NCBI GenBank assembly: GCA_965218765.1
Contig: CBDCLU010000001.1
Span: 24,842-88,841 of the forward strand
Source of the DNA: Burkholderiaceae bacterium
Lineage (GTDB): Bacteria; Pseudomonadota; Gammaproteobacteria; Burkholderiales; Burkholderiaceae_C
DNA length: 64,000 nucleotides
Reading direction: 5' to 3'
The notes under the pieces are model-generated. The model made no database searches. It worked only from the letters and a program-made list of their open reading frames with translations, and was not told the DNA's origin. Shown here piece by piece: positions 31,870 to 42,880 of this stretch. The translations under genes were made by a program, and so were the position numbers. The number at the start of each line of letters is the position of its first letter. Position 1 is the stretch's first letter.

Positions 31870-33486
31870 ATGAGCAGCAGCGAGCGCTATGTCATCGGCG
31901 TCGATGTCGGCACCGGCAGCGCACGCGCGGGAATCTTCGACACCGCTGGCCACATGCTGGCCTCGGCGAAACAGGACATCGCGCTGTTTCAGGCACCGGG
32001 CTCGATCGTCGAGCAGTCAAGCGCCGACATCTGGAACGCGGTTTGTCAATGCGTGCGTGCTGCCGTCGCGCAGGCCGCGATCGCGCCTGCTCAAGTCGCC
32101 GGCATCGGCTTCGATGCGACCTGCTCGCTCGTCGTGCTGGGCAAAGGCGGCCAGCCGCTCGCAGTCGGCCCGTCCGATGATGCCGAGCGCAACATCATCG
32201 TCTGGATGGACCATCGCGCGGTGGAGCAGGCGCAGCGCATCAATGCGACCGCGCACCCGGTGCTGGACTACGTCGGCGGCCGGATTTCGCCTGAGATGGA
32301 AACGCCCAAGCTGCTCTGGCTCGCAGAAAACAAGCCTGCGGTGTTCGCGGCCGCCTGGCAGTTCTTTGACTTAGCCGATTTTCTAACCTGGCGCGCGACC
32401 GGCGACCTGGCTCGATCCACCTGTACCGTGACCTGCAAGTGGACCTACCTCGCGCACGAGCGGCGCTGGGATGAGAGTTACTTCCGAACCATCGGCTTGA
32501 GTGCGCTCGCAGACGAGGCATTCGCGCGCATCGGCCAGCACGTCGTCAATCCGGGCACCCCGCTCGGGCAGGGCTTGACGGCAACGGCAGCCGCCGAGCT
32601 CGGCTTGCTGGGAGGCACGCCGGTCGGCGCCGGGGCGATCGACGCACATGCGGGTGGAATCGGAACGGTCGGCGCGGAAGGCGACCCCGAATCGTGTCTT
32701 GCCTACGTGTTCGGCACCTCGTCGTGCACGATGACGACGACGCGGCAGCCGGTGTTCGTGCCCGGCGTCTGGGGACCGTACTTTTCCGCGATGGTGCCAA
32801 GCGCCTGGCTCAACGAGGGTGGCCAGTCGGTGGCCGGTGCGGCGATCGAGCGGCTGATTGGCATGCATCCCGCCGCACGCGCTGTGGCAAGCCGGGCACA
32901 GGCTGCGGGGAAGTCGTTGCCAGCGCTGCTGGCCGACTTGGCGATGCAGCGCGCACCGGCGGGCCTATCGGCAACCGTCGAGCTTGCCGATGGCCTGCAT
33001 GTCGTCCCGGAGTTCCTCGGTAACCGCGCTCCGTTCGCCGACCCGCATGCACGCGCCGTGATCGCCGGCCTCGGCATGGAAAGCGACGAAGACAGCCTCG
33101 TCGCCCTCTACATCGCAGGCATCTGCGGCATCGGCTATGGGTTGCGGCAGATCATCGAAGCGCAGGCAAAGGCTGGCGCACCGATCGAACGTGTGGTGAT
33201 CAGCGGTGGCGCGGGCCGGCTCGATCTGGTGCGGCAGTTGATTGCGGATGCAACGGAAAAACCGTTGCTGGCGGTCCGGGCGGAAGAGCCGGTGCTGCTC
33301 GGCGCTGCGATGCTGGGTGGCATGGCCGGCGGGCAGTTCGATGATGTGCAGTCGGCAATGCGCGCGATGTCGCAGATCGGGCGGGTCTACCAGCCGGCTG
33401 GCGGTGCCGTGGCCGATCGCCACGAATCCCGGTTCGCTGCTTTCGAGAAGCTGCAAGGCGTGGCGCGCGCACTTGGTGCAACGTAG
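31870..33486 (+). CDS. FGGY-family carbohydrate kinase (ribulokinase-like)
   Basis: 538 aa. N-terminal YVIGVDVGTGSARAG, C-terminal ISGGAGR. FGGY N and C domains are recognisable. Confidence 0.8.
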   Translation: MSSSERYVIGVDVGTGSARAGIFDTAGHMLASAKQDIALFQAPGSIVEQSSADIWNAVCQCVRAAVAQAAIAPAQVAGIGFDATCSLVVLGKGGQPLAVGPSDDAERNIIVWMDHRAVEQAQRINATAHPVLDYVGGRISPEMETPKLLWLAENKPAVFAAAWQFFDLADFLTWRATGDLARSTCTVTCKWTYLAHERRWDESYFRTIGLSALADEAFARIGQHVVNPGTPLGQGLTATAAAELGLLGGTPVGAGAIDAHAGGIGTVGAEGDPESCLAYVFGTSSCTMTTTRQPVFVPGVWGPYFSAMVPSAWLNEGGQSVAGAAIERLIGMHPAARAVASRAQAAGKSLPALLADLAMQRAPAGLSATVELADGLHVVPEFLGNRAPFADPHARAVIAGLGMESDEDSLVALYIAGICGIGYGLRQIIEAQAKAGAPIERVVISGGAGRLDLVRQLIADATEKPLLAVRAEEPVLLGAAMLGGMAGGQFDDVQSAMRAMSQIGRVYQPAGGAVADRHESRFAAFEKLQGVARALGAT

Positions 33487-33672
33487 GCTTCTCCGTGCGC
33501 ACTCCGCATTGCACGCACCCGCTCAACTGCAAGCGCTTTGGCTTCCATCGAGTTTGCTGCGCTCGCGTGCTCGGCGCGGCAACGCCTGCGTAGCTGCGGG
33601 CAATCGGAATTGCGCAAGTCGCCCCGCTTGGCTACCGCATTTCCACCGGTTTTATTGCATGGCGCGAACGCC

Positions 33673-34770
33673 TCAGACATTGAACAAGAAGTTCATCACA
33701 TCCCCATCCTTCACCACATAGTCTTTTCCTTCTGAGCGCATCTTCCCCACCTCCTTCGCGCCCTGCTCGCCTCTGAACTTCACGTAGTCATCGAACGCAA
33801 TCGTCTGCGCGCGGATGTAGCCGCGCTCGAAATCGGTGTGAATCACGCCGGCAGCCTGCGGTCCGGTGTCGCCTTTGCGAATCGTCCAGGCGCGCACCTC
33901 TTTCTCACCCGCAGTGAAGTATGTCTGCAGCCCCAGCAACTCGAAGCCCGCGCGGATCAGGCGGTTCAAGCCCGGCTCTTCCTGGCCCAGTTCGGACAGG
34001 AACAGTTCGCGGTCTTCATCGCTCATGTCGGCCAGCTCGGCTTCGAGCTTGGCGCAGATGGCCACCACGGGTGCGTCGCCCTGACTTTTCGCAAAGTCAC
34101 GCAGTTGGTTCAGCAACGGGTTATCCGCGAAGCCGTCTTCCGCCACGTTGGCGACGAACATCGCGGGTTTGGCGGTGATCAGGCAGAACGGTTTGAGGAT
34201 CTCCAGCTCTTCCTTGCTGAAATCGATGCCGCGCACCGGCTGCACCCGGTCCAGCGCAGCGCGGCATTTCTCGAGCACGGCAGCGTTGCGCGCGGCTTCC
34301 TTGTCGTTGCCTGACTTGGCGGCTTTGGTGAAGCGGTTCAACGACTTTTCCACCGTGGCCAGGTCGGCCAGGCAGAGTTCGGTCTGGATCACGTCGATGT
34401 CGGCGATGGGATCGACCTTGTTGGCCACGTGGATCACATTCGGGTCTTCGAAGCAGCGCACCACGTTGACGATCGCATCGGTTTCCCGAATGTGCGCAAG
34501 GAACTGGTTGCCCAGGCCTTCGCCCTTGCTGGCGCCCGCCACCAGCCCGGCGATGTCGACGAACTCGACAATCGCGGGCACGATCTTTTCAGGTCTGGCA
34601 ATGTCGGCCAGCTGCTGCAGCCGTGGGTCCGGCACTTCGACCACGCCGACGCTCGGATCGATCGTGCAAAACGGATAGTTCTCGGCCGCGACCTGCGCTT
34701 TGGTCAGCGCATTGAACAAGGTCGATTTGCCGACGTTGGGCAAGCCGACGATGCCGCATTTCAAACTCAT
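33673..34770 (-). CDS. ychF: redox-regulated ATPase YchF
   Basis: Start [23 protein letters not shown] (P-loop) at 34770. C-terminal [20 protein letters not shown]. The upstream 113 aa of the ORF-track ORF is not homologous-looking. Confidence 0.92.
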   Translation of the reverse strand: MSLKCGIVGLPNVGKSTLFNALTKAQVAAENYPFCTIDPSVGVVEVPDPRLQQLADIARPEKIVPAIVEFVDIAGLVAGASKGEGLGNQFLAHIRETDAIVNVVRCFEDPNVIHVANKVDPIADIDVIQTELCLADLATVEKSLNRFTKAAKSGNDKEAARNAAVLEKCRAALDRVQPVRGIDFSKEELEILKPFCLITAKPAMFVANVAEDGFADNPLLNQLRDFAKSQGDAPVVAICAKLEAELADMSDEDRELFLSELGQEEPGLNRLIRAGFELLGLQTYFTAGEKEVRAWTIRKGDTGPQAAGVIHTDFERGYIRAQTIAFDDYVKFRGEQGAKEVGKMRSEGKDYVVKDGDVMNFLFNV

Positions 34771-34904
34771 GGGGAAATGTCCTTTCGGGCAAAAACGGGC
34801 CCGGTCCGGCGCGGCGCCGCCCCTGGCGAAAAGCCTGAAGCATTGGCCGCCTGCTGCTTGCGGGCGAACCCGTGATTTTGCCTGCCCGCCTAGAATCGTT
34901 TGCC

Positions 34905-36140
34905 ATGAGCCAAGCTTTTGACGTCTGCATTCGCGGCGCTGGTGTGGTCGGCCGCACGTTGGCGCTGTTGCTTGCGCAGGAACGGATTCGCGTGGCGATC
35001 TGCGCGGGCACCGACAAGCTGGCAGCTTTGCCGGATGCCGGAGCGGCGCAGGCTGCCGATGCGCCGTCCGTTGTTGCCAGCAACGAGCAGGATGTGCGCG
35101 CCTATGCACTGAATGCGGCCTCGCGTTCGCTGCTGCAGTCGCTGCGCGGTTGGCCCGATGCGCCGGGCGCTGCCTCGGATGCGAAGCCGCCTGCTGTCAC
35201 GGCGGTGTATGGGATGCAGGTGTTCGGCGACGATGGCGGCCGCATCACGTTCGGAGACATTCGCGCGGCCGACACGGCAACGCACGCAAAAGCCGATGCA
35301 CTGGCCTGGATCGTCGATGTGTCGACGCTGGAGCAGCAACTCGCCGAGGCGCTGCGTTATCAGCCGCTGGTCGAGCCGGTCGATGCGCCGGTCGCTGCAC
35401 CGCTTACCGTGATCTGCGAAGGTCGCATGAGCATGAGCCGCGACGGCGTGCATGCCGATTTCGACGTGATGCCGTACGGCCAGCAGGCGATTGCGACGCG
35501 CGTGCGCGCCGAGAAGCCGCATGGCGGAGTGGCGCGCCAGTGGTTCGAGCAAGGCGCCGTCCTCGCGTTGTTGCCGCTGGGCGGCGCAGATGGCCATGAA
35601 GCGGCCGTGGTCTGGTCCGTCGATGAGAGCGAGCGATCCACGCTGATGGCGCTGGACGCTGCCGAATTTGCCGAGCGTCTGCAGCAGGCCAGCCACGACG
35701 CGCTGGGTTCGCTGACCCTGACGCATGCGCGCGCCACGTGGCCGCTGCAACTGGCCCAGGCGCGCAGCTGGACCGGCCGCTTCGACGACGACACGCCGAA
35801 GAAGCCGCGTGCCTGGGCCATTGCGGGCGACGCCGCGCATGTCGTGCATCCGTTGGCCGGCCAGGGCCTGAACCTGGGGCTGGCGGACGCCGCTGCACTG
35901 GCTGCCGTGCTGCGTGAGCGCGACTATTGGCGCAGCGTGGCCGACCCCCGGCTGCTGCGCCGTTATGAACGCTCCCGCAAGGCCGGCCTGCTCCCGATGC
36001 GAGCTGCGACCGATGGCCTGCAACGTCTGTTCGCGCATGAAGGCGACACCGTGCAGGCACTGCGCAACTGGGGCATGTGGGGCTTCGAGCGCAGCGGGCC
36101 GCTGAAGACCTGGGCAGTCAGGCAGGCCATGGGCCTGTAA
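34905..36140 (+). CDS. FAD-dependent monooxygenase, UbiH/UbiF/VisC/COQ6 family
   Basis: [18 protein letters not shown] (GxGxxG) and [19 protein letters not shown] motifs. Confidence 0.82.
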   Translation: MSQAFDVCIRGAGVVGRTLALLLAQERIRVAICAGTDKLAALPDAGAAQAADAPSVVASNEQDVRAYALNAASRSLLQSLRGWPDAPGAASDAKPPAVTAVYGMQVFGDDGGRITFGDIRAADTATHAKADALAWIVDVSTLEQQLAEALRYQPLVEPVDAPVAAPLTVICEGRMSMSRDGVHADFDVMPYGQQAIATRVRAEKPHGGVARQWFEQGAVLALLPLGGADGHEAAVVWSVDESERSTLMALDAAEFAERLQQASHDALGSLTLTHARATWPLQLAQARSWTGRFDDDTPKKPRAWAIAGDAAHVVHPLAGQGLNLGLADAAALAAVLRERDYWRSVADPRLLRRYERSRKAGLLPMRAATDGLQRLFAHEGDTVQALRNWGMWGFERSGPLKTWAVRQAMGL

Positions 36141-36225
36141 CCGGTCCGGCATGCGAACAGCCCTCCTCGTCGCGCCTATCGAACTGACCAGGCCGCAGCG
36201 CGGTCAAACAAACGAACTGCCCTCC

Positions 36226-36972
36226 ATGATGAACAACACACATTCCTTCCCGTCGCTGCGCAGCGCTGTGCTGTGGGCGCTGCTGTCTGCTGCTGGTTGC
36301 GCGAACGCCGCTGCCGATCCGGCCGAGGCCACCATCCGCAGCAATTTGAAAGAACGCATCCCGCAGATTGAAAAAATCGACGAAGTCAGCAAGACTGCGG
36401 TGCCGGGCCTGTATGAAGTGCGCGTGAACGGCACCGACATCTTCTATACGGATGCGAAGGCCGATTACCTGATCCACGGCAACCTGATCGATACCAAGGC
36501 TCGCCGCAACCTGACCGAAGAGCGCGTCAACAAATTGAGCGCGATCGACTTCTCCGCGTTGCCGTTGAAGGATTCATTCACCATCGTGCGCGGCAACGGC
36601 GCGCGCAAGCTGGCCGTGTTCGAAGATCCGAACTGCGGCTATTGCAAGCGATTCGAGCGGGATTTGGCCAACGTCGACAACGTGACGGTGCAGCTGTTCC
36701 TGTATCCGATCCTGAGCGCCGACTCGGTCGAGAAATCGAAGAACATCTGGTGCGCCAAGGACCGTGCGACGGTCTGGAACGACTGGATGCACAAGGAGCA
36801 ACCGATCCCGGCCGCGAGTTGCGACACCGCTGCGATCGATCGCAATCTCGAATTCGGCCGCAAGCACAAGATCACGGGTACGCCGACGCTGATCTTTGCC
36901 GACGGCCAGCGAGTGCCGGGCGCGATCAACGCACAGCAGGTCGAGCAGTTGCTGTCGCAGGCGAAGAACTGA
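36226..36972 (+). CDS. thiol:disulfide interchange protein, DsbC/DsbG family
   Basis: Signal peptide (LWALLSAAGCANAAA), N-terminal dimerisation region, and a thioredoxin-fold CxxC in FEDPNCGYCKRFE. Confidence 0.8.
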   Translation: MMNNTHSFPSLRSAVLWALLSAAGCANAAADPAEATIRSNLKERIPQIEKIDEVSKTAVPGLYEVRVNGTDIFYTDAKADYLIHGNLIDTKARRNLTEERVNKLSAIDFSALPLKDSFTIVRGNGARKLAVFEDPNCGYCKRFERDLANVDNVTVQLFLYPILSADSVEKSKNIWCAKDRATVWNDWMHKEQPIPAASCDTAAIDRNLEFGRKHKITGTPTLIFADGQRVPGAINAQQVEQLLSQAKN

Positions 36973-37078
36973 CGCGCTCTCGGCACGCTGACGCGGGGCC
37001 CTGCGTCACGTTGCTTGTCTGATGCCAGAAGGCGCAATCGGACGGCGCCGCGTATGCAAGCAATTGCCTTCAACGAAC

Positions 37079-39088
37079 ATGGAACATTCAGGCACCGATT
37101 CGATCGAAAAAACTGCGACGGCAAATGCGCCGGCGCCTGACGCGGCTGCAATCTGTCTGCGCGTGCAGATAGATGATCTGTACGCACATCGGTTCGGTGT
37201 GAGCATGACGATTGCACAGCCGGCTGCGATGCAACTGCTTGCGCTGCCAGTCTGGATTCCAGGCAGCTATCTGGTGCGCGAGTTCGCCAGACACCTGCTC
37301 GGCTTGCATGCGATTCAGAGCGGTCAGCCGGTGGCGCTGCACCAGCTGGACAAGCACCGCTGGCAGGTGCAGGCCAACCCGGCGCAACCGTTGACGCTGC
37401 ATTATCAGGTCCATGCGTTCGATGCATCGGTGCGTACCGCATGGCTCGATGCGCAGCGCGGCTTCTTCAACGGCACGTCGCTCTACCTCGCCGTGGCGGG
37501 TCAGGAACACCGCCCGCATGAGGTCGAGTTGAGCGCCCGCGGCGCGCCGGCCGATTGGCAGCTGGCAACCCCGCTGACACCGGTTCAGACCGACCGGGCC
37601 GGCTTCGGGCGCTATCGCGCAGCGAACTATGACGAGCTGGTCGACTGCCCGGTCGAGATGGGCCCGTTCTTGAGCGGCGCATTCGATGTACACAAAGTGC
37701 CGCATCGTTTGGTGGTGGCTGGCGCTACGCCGTCGTTCGACCACGCGCGGCTGCTGGCCGACACGCAGCGGATCTGTAAGACGCAGATCGACTTCTGGCA
37801 CCCCCAGGACGGCAAGGCACCGTTCGACTCGTATCTGTTTTTGCTGAATGCGGTGGGCGACGGCTATGGCGGCCTCGAACACCGCAACTCGACGGCACTG
37901 ATCGCCAACCGCGCCGATCTGCCGCAGCTTAACGCCGAAGCATCAGCGGCTGCAAACCCCGGCATTGCGCCGGCCAGCGCGAATCCACTGCACAGCGCGC
38001 TGGCAGCCGCTGCGCGCGCGGGCGCCGAAGCGGCGGCGCCGAGCCAGCAAGATGGCTATATCACCTTGCTGGGGCTGGTCAGCCACGAGTATTTCCATAG
38101 CTGGAACGTCAAACGGCTGCGCCCGGCCGAGTTCGCGCGCTACGACTACACGCGCGAAAACTACACCGAGCTGCTGTGGTTCTTCGAAGGCTTCACAAGC
38201 TACTACGACGACCTGCTGCTGCGCCGCGCCGGACTGATCAGCGACACCCTCTATCTGAAACTGCTGGGCAAGGCGATGAATCAGTTGCGCCAGACGCCCG
38301 GGCGGCTCGTGCAGTCGGCCGCGCAGGCCAGTTTCGATGCATGGGTCAAATACTACCGGCCCGACGAGAACACGCCCAACAGCACCGTCAGCTATTACGG
38401 CAAGGGCGCCTTGATCGCACTGTGCCTGGACCTGACCTTGCGCGCGGAAGGCAGCAGCACGCTGGACGACGTGATGCGCGCTCTGTGGGCGGCCTGCAAG
38501 GCAGGCCCGATGACCGAAGCCGACCTGGGCCGCGCGCTGGAGCGCGCTGGTGGGCGCAGCTATGCGCCGGAGCTGGCGGCCTGGGTGCATGGAACCGAAG
38601 AGCTGCCGCTGCAGCGCCTGCTGGCGACGCAAGGCGTCAAGGTGTTGCTGGAGCCGTCGCAGATCGCGCAACGCATCGGCCTGCGCGTGGCGGAAGAGGG
38701 ACAGCGCATCGTCGTCAAGACGGTGCTGAGCGCCGGTGCAGCAGAGCGCGCAGGCTTGGCTGCCGGCGACGAATGGATCGGCGTCAAGCCAGCAGCCGGC
38801 CATGCGACACGCCGCCGCACAGCGCCACCGGTACAAGCGCTGCCCGCTGCTGGCGCGAACGCCTTCAATGGCGCGAGCAGCGGCTGGCGCCTGCGCAAGC
38901 TCGACGAACTGCTGCTCTATCTGGGCGAAGCCACGTCGTTCATTGCCGTCGTCGCCCGCGACCAGCGGCTGCTGGAGTTGCCGTTCGTGCTGCCGCACGA
39001 CGAGCGTACCTGGCGGCTTTCCTTGCGAGATGCGGCACGTGCGCAAGCCTGGCTCGCCGGCCAGAAGCGTCCGATGAACGGCTCGTGA
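37079..39088 (+). CDS. M61 family metallopeptidase (glycyl aminopeptidase-like) with C-terminal PDZ-like region
   Basis: HEYFHSWNVKRLRP zinc motif, FEGFTSYYD, and a PDZ-like LRVAEEGQRIVVKTVLSAGAAERAGLAAGDEWIGV. The start is uncertain (37022 or 37079). Confidence 0.8.
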   Translation: MEHSGTDSIEKTATANAPAPDAAAICLRVQIDDLYAHRFGVSMTIAQPAAMQLLALPVWIPGSYLVREFARHLLGLHAIQSGQPVALHQLDKHRWQVQANPAQPLTLHYQVHAFDASVRTAWLDAQRGFFNGTSLYLAVAGQEHRPHEVELSARGAPADWQLATPLTPVQTDRAGFGRYRAANYDELVDCPVEMGPFLSGAFDVHKVPHRLVVAGATPSFDHARLLADTQRICKTQIDFWHPQDGKAPFDSYLFLLNAVGDGYGGLEHRNSTALIANRADLPQLNAEASAAANPGIAPASANPLHSALAAAARAGAEAAAPSQQDGYITLLGLVSHEYFHSWNVKRLRPAEFARYDYTRENYTELLWFFEGFTSYYDDLLLRRAGLISDTLYLKLLGKAMNQLRQTPGRLVQSAAQASFDAWVKYYRPDENTPNSTVSYYGKGALIALCLDLTLRAEGSSTLDDVMRALWAACKAGPMTEADLGRALERAGGRSYAPELAAWVHGTEELPLQRLLATQGVKVLLEPSQIAQRIGLRVAEEGQRIVVKTVLSAGAAERAGLAAGDEWIGVKPAAGHATRRRTAPPVQALPAAGANAFNGASSGWRLRKLDELLLYLGEATSFIAVVARDQRLLELPFVLPHDERTWRLSLRDAARAQAWLAGQKRPMNGS

Positions 39089-39236
39089 CCGCTGCGCCAG
39101 CCGCAACGGATGAAACCCGCATCGTGTGATTGCAGCAACGGCGGCGGAACTGGCAATGCCGCAAGGACCCTTCGCTTGCTGCAGGAATCAAGCTGGTGTC
39201 GGTCACAACGCGCGTTGGCTGGAATGGTTTTTCGGG

Positions 39237-40073
39237 TCAGCCGCCGGTGAAGCGAGGCGCGCGCTTTTCAAGGAATGCGGTCACGCCTTCGAGATAGTCG
39301 TGCGTGCGTCCTAACGCGGACTGCATTTGGCGCTCCGCATCTAGCTGCTCGTCGAGACTGCGGGCGCCGCTTGCGCGCATCAGTTCACGCGTGGCGACCA
39401 GCGCTCGGGTCGGCATCATGCTCAGACGCTGGGCCAGCTTGAGCGCCTCGGCCAGCGGGTCGTCGGCCACCTCCCAGATCATGCCCCAGTCCTTTGCCTG
39501 GGCAGCAGGCAGCTTATCGCCGGTCATCGCCAGCGCCAACGCGCGCGCGGCGCCAACACGGTCCGGCAGCAACCATGAACTGCCTGCATCCGGAATCAGC
39601 CCGATCTTGCTGAACGCCTGGATGAACGATGCCCCCGGCGCCGCGATCACGATGTCGCAGCTCATCGCAAGCGACGCACCGGCGCCGGCTGCCACGCCGT
39701 TGACTGCGGCAACCGTCGGCAGCTTAAGGGTTGCAAAACGCCGCGCGGTCGGATTGAACGCCTGCTCGATGACCGGCCCCGGGTCGGCGCGCTCGACCTG
39801 GTCCGGCCCCGGCGCCATATCGAACTCGGACAGATCGGCGCCTGCGCAGAACCCGCGACCAGCACCCGTCAGCACCAGTGCACGCACGGTCATGTCCTGC
39901 TCCGCACGGTCCAGAGCAGCCCACAGCGCACGATGCATGCGGCGCGTGAAGCTGTTGAGCGCCTGCGGCCGGTTCAGCGTGACGACGGCGACTGCTCCTC
40001 CGCATTCGGTGTGATAAAGCACGTCGGCCTCGATCACGCCAGCATCGTCAGCAACAACCACGTCGTTCGTCAT
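39237..40073 (-). CDS. enoyl-CoA hydratase/isomerase family protein (PaaG-like)
   Basis: Crotonase fold: LTGAGRGFCAGADL, AVNGVAAGAGASLAMSCD. Start taken at MTNDVVV (40073). Confidence 0.82.
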   Translation of the reverse strand: MTNDVVVADDAGVIEADVLYHTECGGAVAVVTLNRPQALNSFTRRMHRALWAALDRAEQDMTVRALVLTGAGRGFCAGADLSEFDMAPGPDQVERADPGPVIEQAFNPTARRFATLKLPTVAAVNGVAAGAGASLAMSCDIVIAAPGASFIQAFSKIGLIPDAGSSWLLPDRVGAARALALAMTGDKLPAAQAKDWGMIWEVADDPLAEALKLAQRLSMMPTRALVATRELMRASGARSLDEQLDAERQMQSALGRTHDYLEGVTAFLEKRAPRFTGG

Positions 40074-40162
40074 TCGGGTGTCCTCTGGTGATTCGCACAA
40101 ACATGCTCGAGCCGCAGCGAAGACACCTCGAACGCATCGCTATAATCGCCCGCACAAACAAA

Positions 40163-40239
40163 GGCGCTTTAGCTCAGTCGGTTAGAGCGATGGAATCATA
40201 ATCCACAGGTCCGCGGTTCGAGTCCGTGAAGCGCCACCA
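40163..40239 (+). tRNA. tRNA with anticodon CAT (elongator Met, or Ile2 if lysidine-modified)
   Basis: 77 nt. Acceptor GGCGCTT/AAGCGCC plus A-CCA. D-arm TAGCTCAGTCGGTTAGAGC. Anticodon loop A-T-CAT-A-A. T-arm CGCGG-TTCGAGT-CCGTG. There is no C1:A72 mismatch, so it is not an initiator. Confidence 0.9.
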
Positions 40240-40245
40240 ATCACA

Positions 40246-40284
40246 AAACCCTTTGTAAATCAATGATTTACAAAGGGTTTTTTT
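40246..40284 (+). terminator. intrinsic terminator after the tRNA
   Basis: 15-bp stem AAACCCTTTGTAAAT / loop CAATG / ATTTACAAAGGGTTT, running into a T run that ends at 40284. Confidence 0.8.
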
Positions 40285-41693
40285 ACGTCCGGGGGGCCAT
40301 TTCAGGGGTCCACTTGGATGTCTGCTTCCAGACCGGCGCGCTTGTACCAGAAAAAGACGGGCGTGTTCTTCGTTCGCGTGCTGTTGGGCTCAGTTGATTT
40401 AGAGACTTCTCCAGAACGCCCAAAAAAAAGCGAGCTTCGCAGGTCTCTGCGCACAACAAATGTTCGTTGGGCACGTAGCATTTCTTCATCGCTCAACGCA
40501 TTGCTTGAATGCGTACCGATGAGCTCAAGAGAGGCTTACGTGGACAACTTTTTTTCCCATCACATGCGCGCGTGGACGTTGCCTGGCGGCTTGCGGGTCG
40601 ATGACGAGGATGACTAGCGGCGACTATCTGCATTTCTGAAAATGCATCCCGTGATCGAACACGCGATCGCCGCGCGAATTGCCGGCTCGCCGTTTGGTCC
40701 ACCGGCGTCGGCAAATCCGCAGTGGCCGGAACCGTCTGTACGCCCTCCTGCGAGGGCTAATGAAACCGTTGGAACTCAATATTCCAGAGCGGAAGGACTT
40801 GATCGATCCGCGCCCGTGTCACCCCACGGCGATTGCAATGGGCTGACCCAACGTCCATCTTTGCTATCACTCCGGGTGCCGATCAAGCCGTTGCACGAGA
40901 ACGCCCTTTCCGACCCTGCGCGGGCACCAAGAAAGCCGATGCGTCTGAGCGACGCCAAGAATCAGTACGTTGGCTATTACGTGAGGACCCTCAAGACGCA
41001 GGCGGATCGGACATCTGCCGACAAGACGAGGTTGCTCGAACTGCTCGCAGAACACTTGGCTCGCGCGCACCCGGAACTGGGCGATGACCCCTGGGTGCAC
41101 TTGATCGACAGTTCCCACGTGCGATCGTTTCTTGAGGAACAGTCTGCTCGCGCGGGCAAGCGAACGAGCGCTGAAGGCAGTCCCTTAGACGCTGCGCCGC
41201 GGACGCTGCTCAAGAAGCTTTCTGACCTTTCTCACTTTTTCGACTACCTGCGCCGCATTGCCAAGGCCACTCAGGAAACCATCGGCGACGACTTGGTGGA
41301 GGCGGCTGAAGCTTGGCGGCAGAGGGCCAAGGACGAGGGCGTGCACTACCGGCCCTTCACCGACAGTCACATCAGCCAAATCTTCGAGCCATTGCACTAT
41401 CTGGCGAGTAACCGCGAGCCCGACTATTTCTGGTGTCCGTTACTCGCGCTGTTTCTTGGTGTTCGCCTGGGCGAGGTGGTCAATCTGAAACTGGCCAACA
41501 TTGGCCATATCGAAGCGATCGATGTCTGGTACATCGATGTGGTGCCGGACGCGGCTAAGAACGCCAATTCGATTCGACGCCTGCCAGTCCCCGATGGGCT
41601 GAAGGCGCTGGGTTCCTCACCGTGATTGGTCCGCCAGCACGGCCAAGCGCGACCCGTCCAAGAACCAGTCGCGTCGTTTTGGTGAACACCTAG

Positions 41694-42880
41694 GGATGGT
41701 CTGCATAACCTGATTCCAACTGTGCTGTGGGCGACGTTGATTGGAGTTGGTGCAGGTGGCGGCCGGTTTGCTCAAGCCAGCGTTTGCCGCAGCCCCCAGG
41801 CGGGGCGGTCTGGGAGGCTGTCGCAGTGTTTTTCCGTGTTGCAGACGCACCTGCCCCTCATACCGCTGCCAGTTTGTGGCGCACCATCCAGAGGTTCGAC
41901 AGCGCAAACAGCGTCTTGAGCTGCAGGGTGTTTTTCTTCAACCCCCTGTAGCGCACCTTGACGTAGCCGAACTGGCGCTTGATCACCCTGAACGGGTGCT
42001 CGACTTTGGCGCGGATGCCGGCCTTGAGCTTTTCCATCTGGTCAAGCAGTGCGTGGCTGGGTCGGTTCTCCTTGTCCAGCTGCTTTCGTTTGCCCGGGCG
42101 CATCGCGATGTGCCACTCGATGCCTGGCTTGGCATCGGGGCGCTTGTGCACGCCCTGATAGCCCGCATCACCGAAGCCGTTGACTTCCTCGCCGTGCAGC
42201 AGCTGGTTGCCTTCCACCACATCGGCCACGTTGCCTGAGGTGCCGCGCACCGTGTGCACCAGCCCTGAGTCGGCGTCGACTCCGATATGCGCCTTCATCC
42301 CGAAGTGCCACTGGTTGCCCTTCTGGCTCGAATGCATCTCGGGGTCGCGCTGGCGGTGCCTGTTCTTCGTCGAGCTGGGCGCCGCGACTAGCGTGGCGTC
42401 TACTGCCGTGCCGGCCTTGAGCAGCAAGCCGCGCTCGCTCAAAAGACTATTGACGGTGGCCAGGATCTGCTCGGCCAGCTTGTGTTTCTCCAGCCGGTGG
42501 CGAAAGCGCAGGATGGTGCTCTCGTCGGGCAGACGGGCGAACTCTTGGAGCTGCGCAAACTCGCGGTACAGCGGGGTGTCGAAGAAGGCTTCCTCTATCG
42601 CCGGGTCCGAGAGGCTAAACCACTGCTGCATGAAGTGCACGCGCAGCATGGTCTCCAGTGCAAACGGCGGGCGACCGCTTGTGCCCTCGGGGTAGTACGG
42701 CGCGATCAGCTCGACCAGCACCGCCCACGGCACCACGCGCTCCATCTGCGCCAGGAACTCGCGCTTGCGGGTCTTCTTGGCAATCAGGTTCAGCTCAAGA
42801 CTTGCTTGTTTCATGGGACAGGAGGATGCCAACCAACTTCGATCGCTAGCAGCGATGGGGGCGGGTTATGCAGAATTTCC
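41694..42880 (-). mobile_element. IS5-family insertion sequence (1187 bp)
   Basis: Imperfect terminal IRs GGATGGTCTGCATAACC (left) and GGAAATTCTGCATAACC (reverse complement of the right end). Flanked by CTAG on both sides (41690-41693 and 42881-42884). Contains a single DDE transposase ORF. Confidence 0.85.
41858..42814 (-). CDS. IS5-family DDE transposase
   Basis: MKQASLELNLIAKKTRKREFLAQMERVVPWAVLVELIAPYYPEG..GRPPFALETMLRVHFMQQWFSLSD matches the conserved IS5 N-terminus. The ORF track starts it at an upstream TTG (42832). Confidence 0.85.
   Translation of the reverse strand: MKQASLELNLIAKKTRKREFLAQMERVVPWAVLVELIAPYYPEGTSGRPPFALETMLRVHFMQQWFSLSDPAIEEAFFDTPLYREFAQLQEFARLPDESTILRFRHRLEKHKLAEQILATVNSLLSERGLLLKAGTAVDATLVAAPSSTKNRHRQRDPEMHSSQKGNQWHFGMKAHIGVDADSGLVHTVRGTSGNVADVVEGNQLLHGEEVNGFGDAGYQGVHKRPDAKPGIEWHIAMRPGKRKQLDKENRPSHALLDQMEKLKAGIRAKVEHPFRVIKRQFGYVKVRYRGLKKNTLQLKTLFALSNLWMVRHKLAAV

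Noticed and set aside
33673-35109. Long N-terminal extensions proposed by the ORF track: ychF to 35109, purH to 24763, pxpC to 21808, zwf from 4745, the NHL protein from 3401, and the sugar-binding protein from 27775.
   Set aside because: Each family's conserved N-terminus (P-loop, MGS domain, signal peptide and so on) begins at an internal Met with a plausible RBS. The upstream parts overlap neighbouring genes or look non-coding.
37900-38060. An Ala-rich low-complexity insertion just before the HEYFH motif of the M61 peptidase, and a second one in its PDZ region (about 38790-38900).
   Set aside because: This looks like an ordinary high-GC linker expansion. Without an alignment I cannot show it is unusual for the family.
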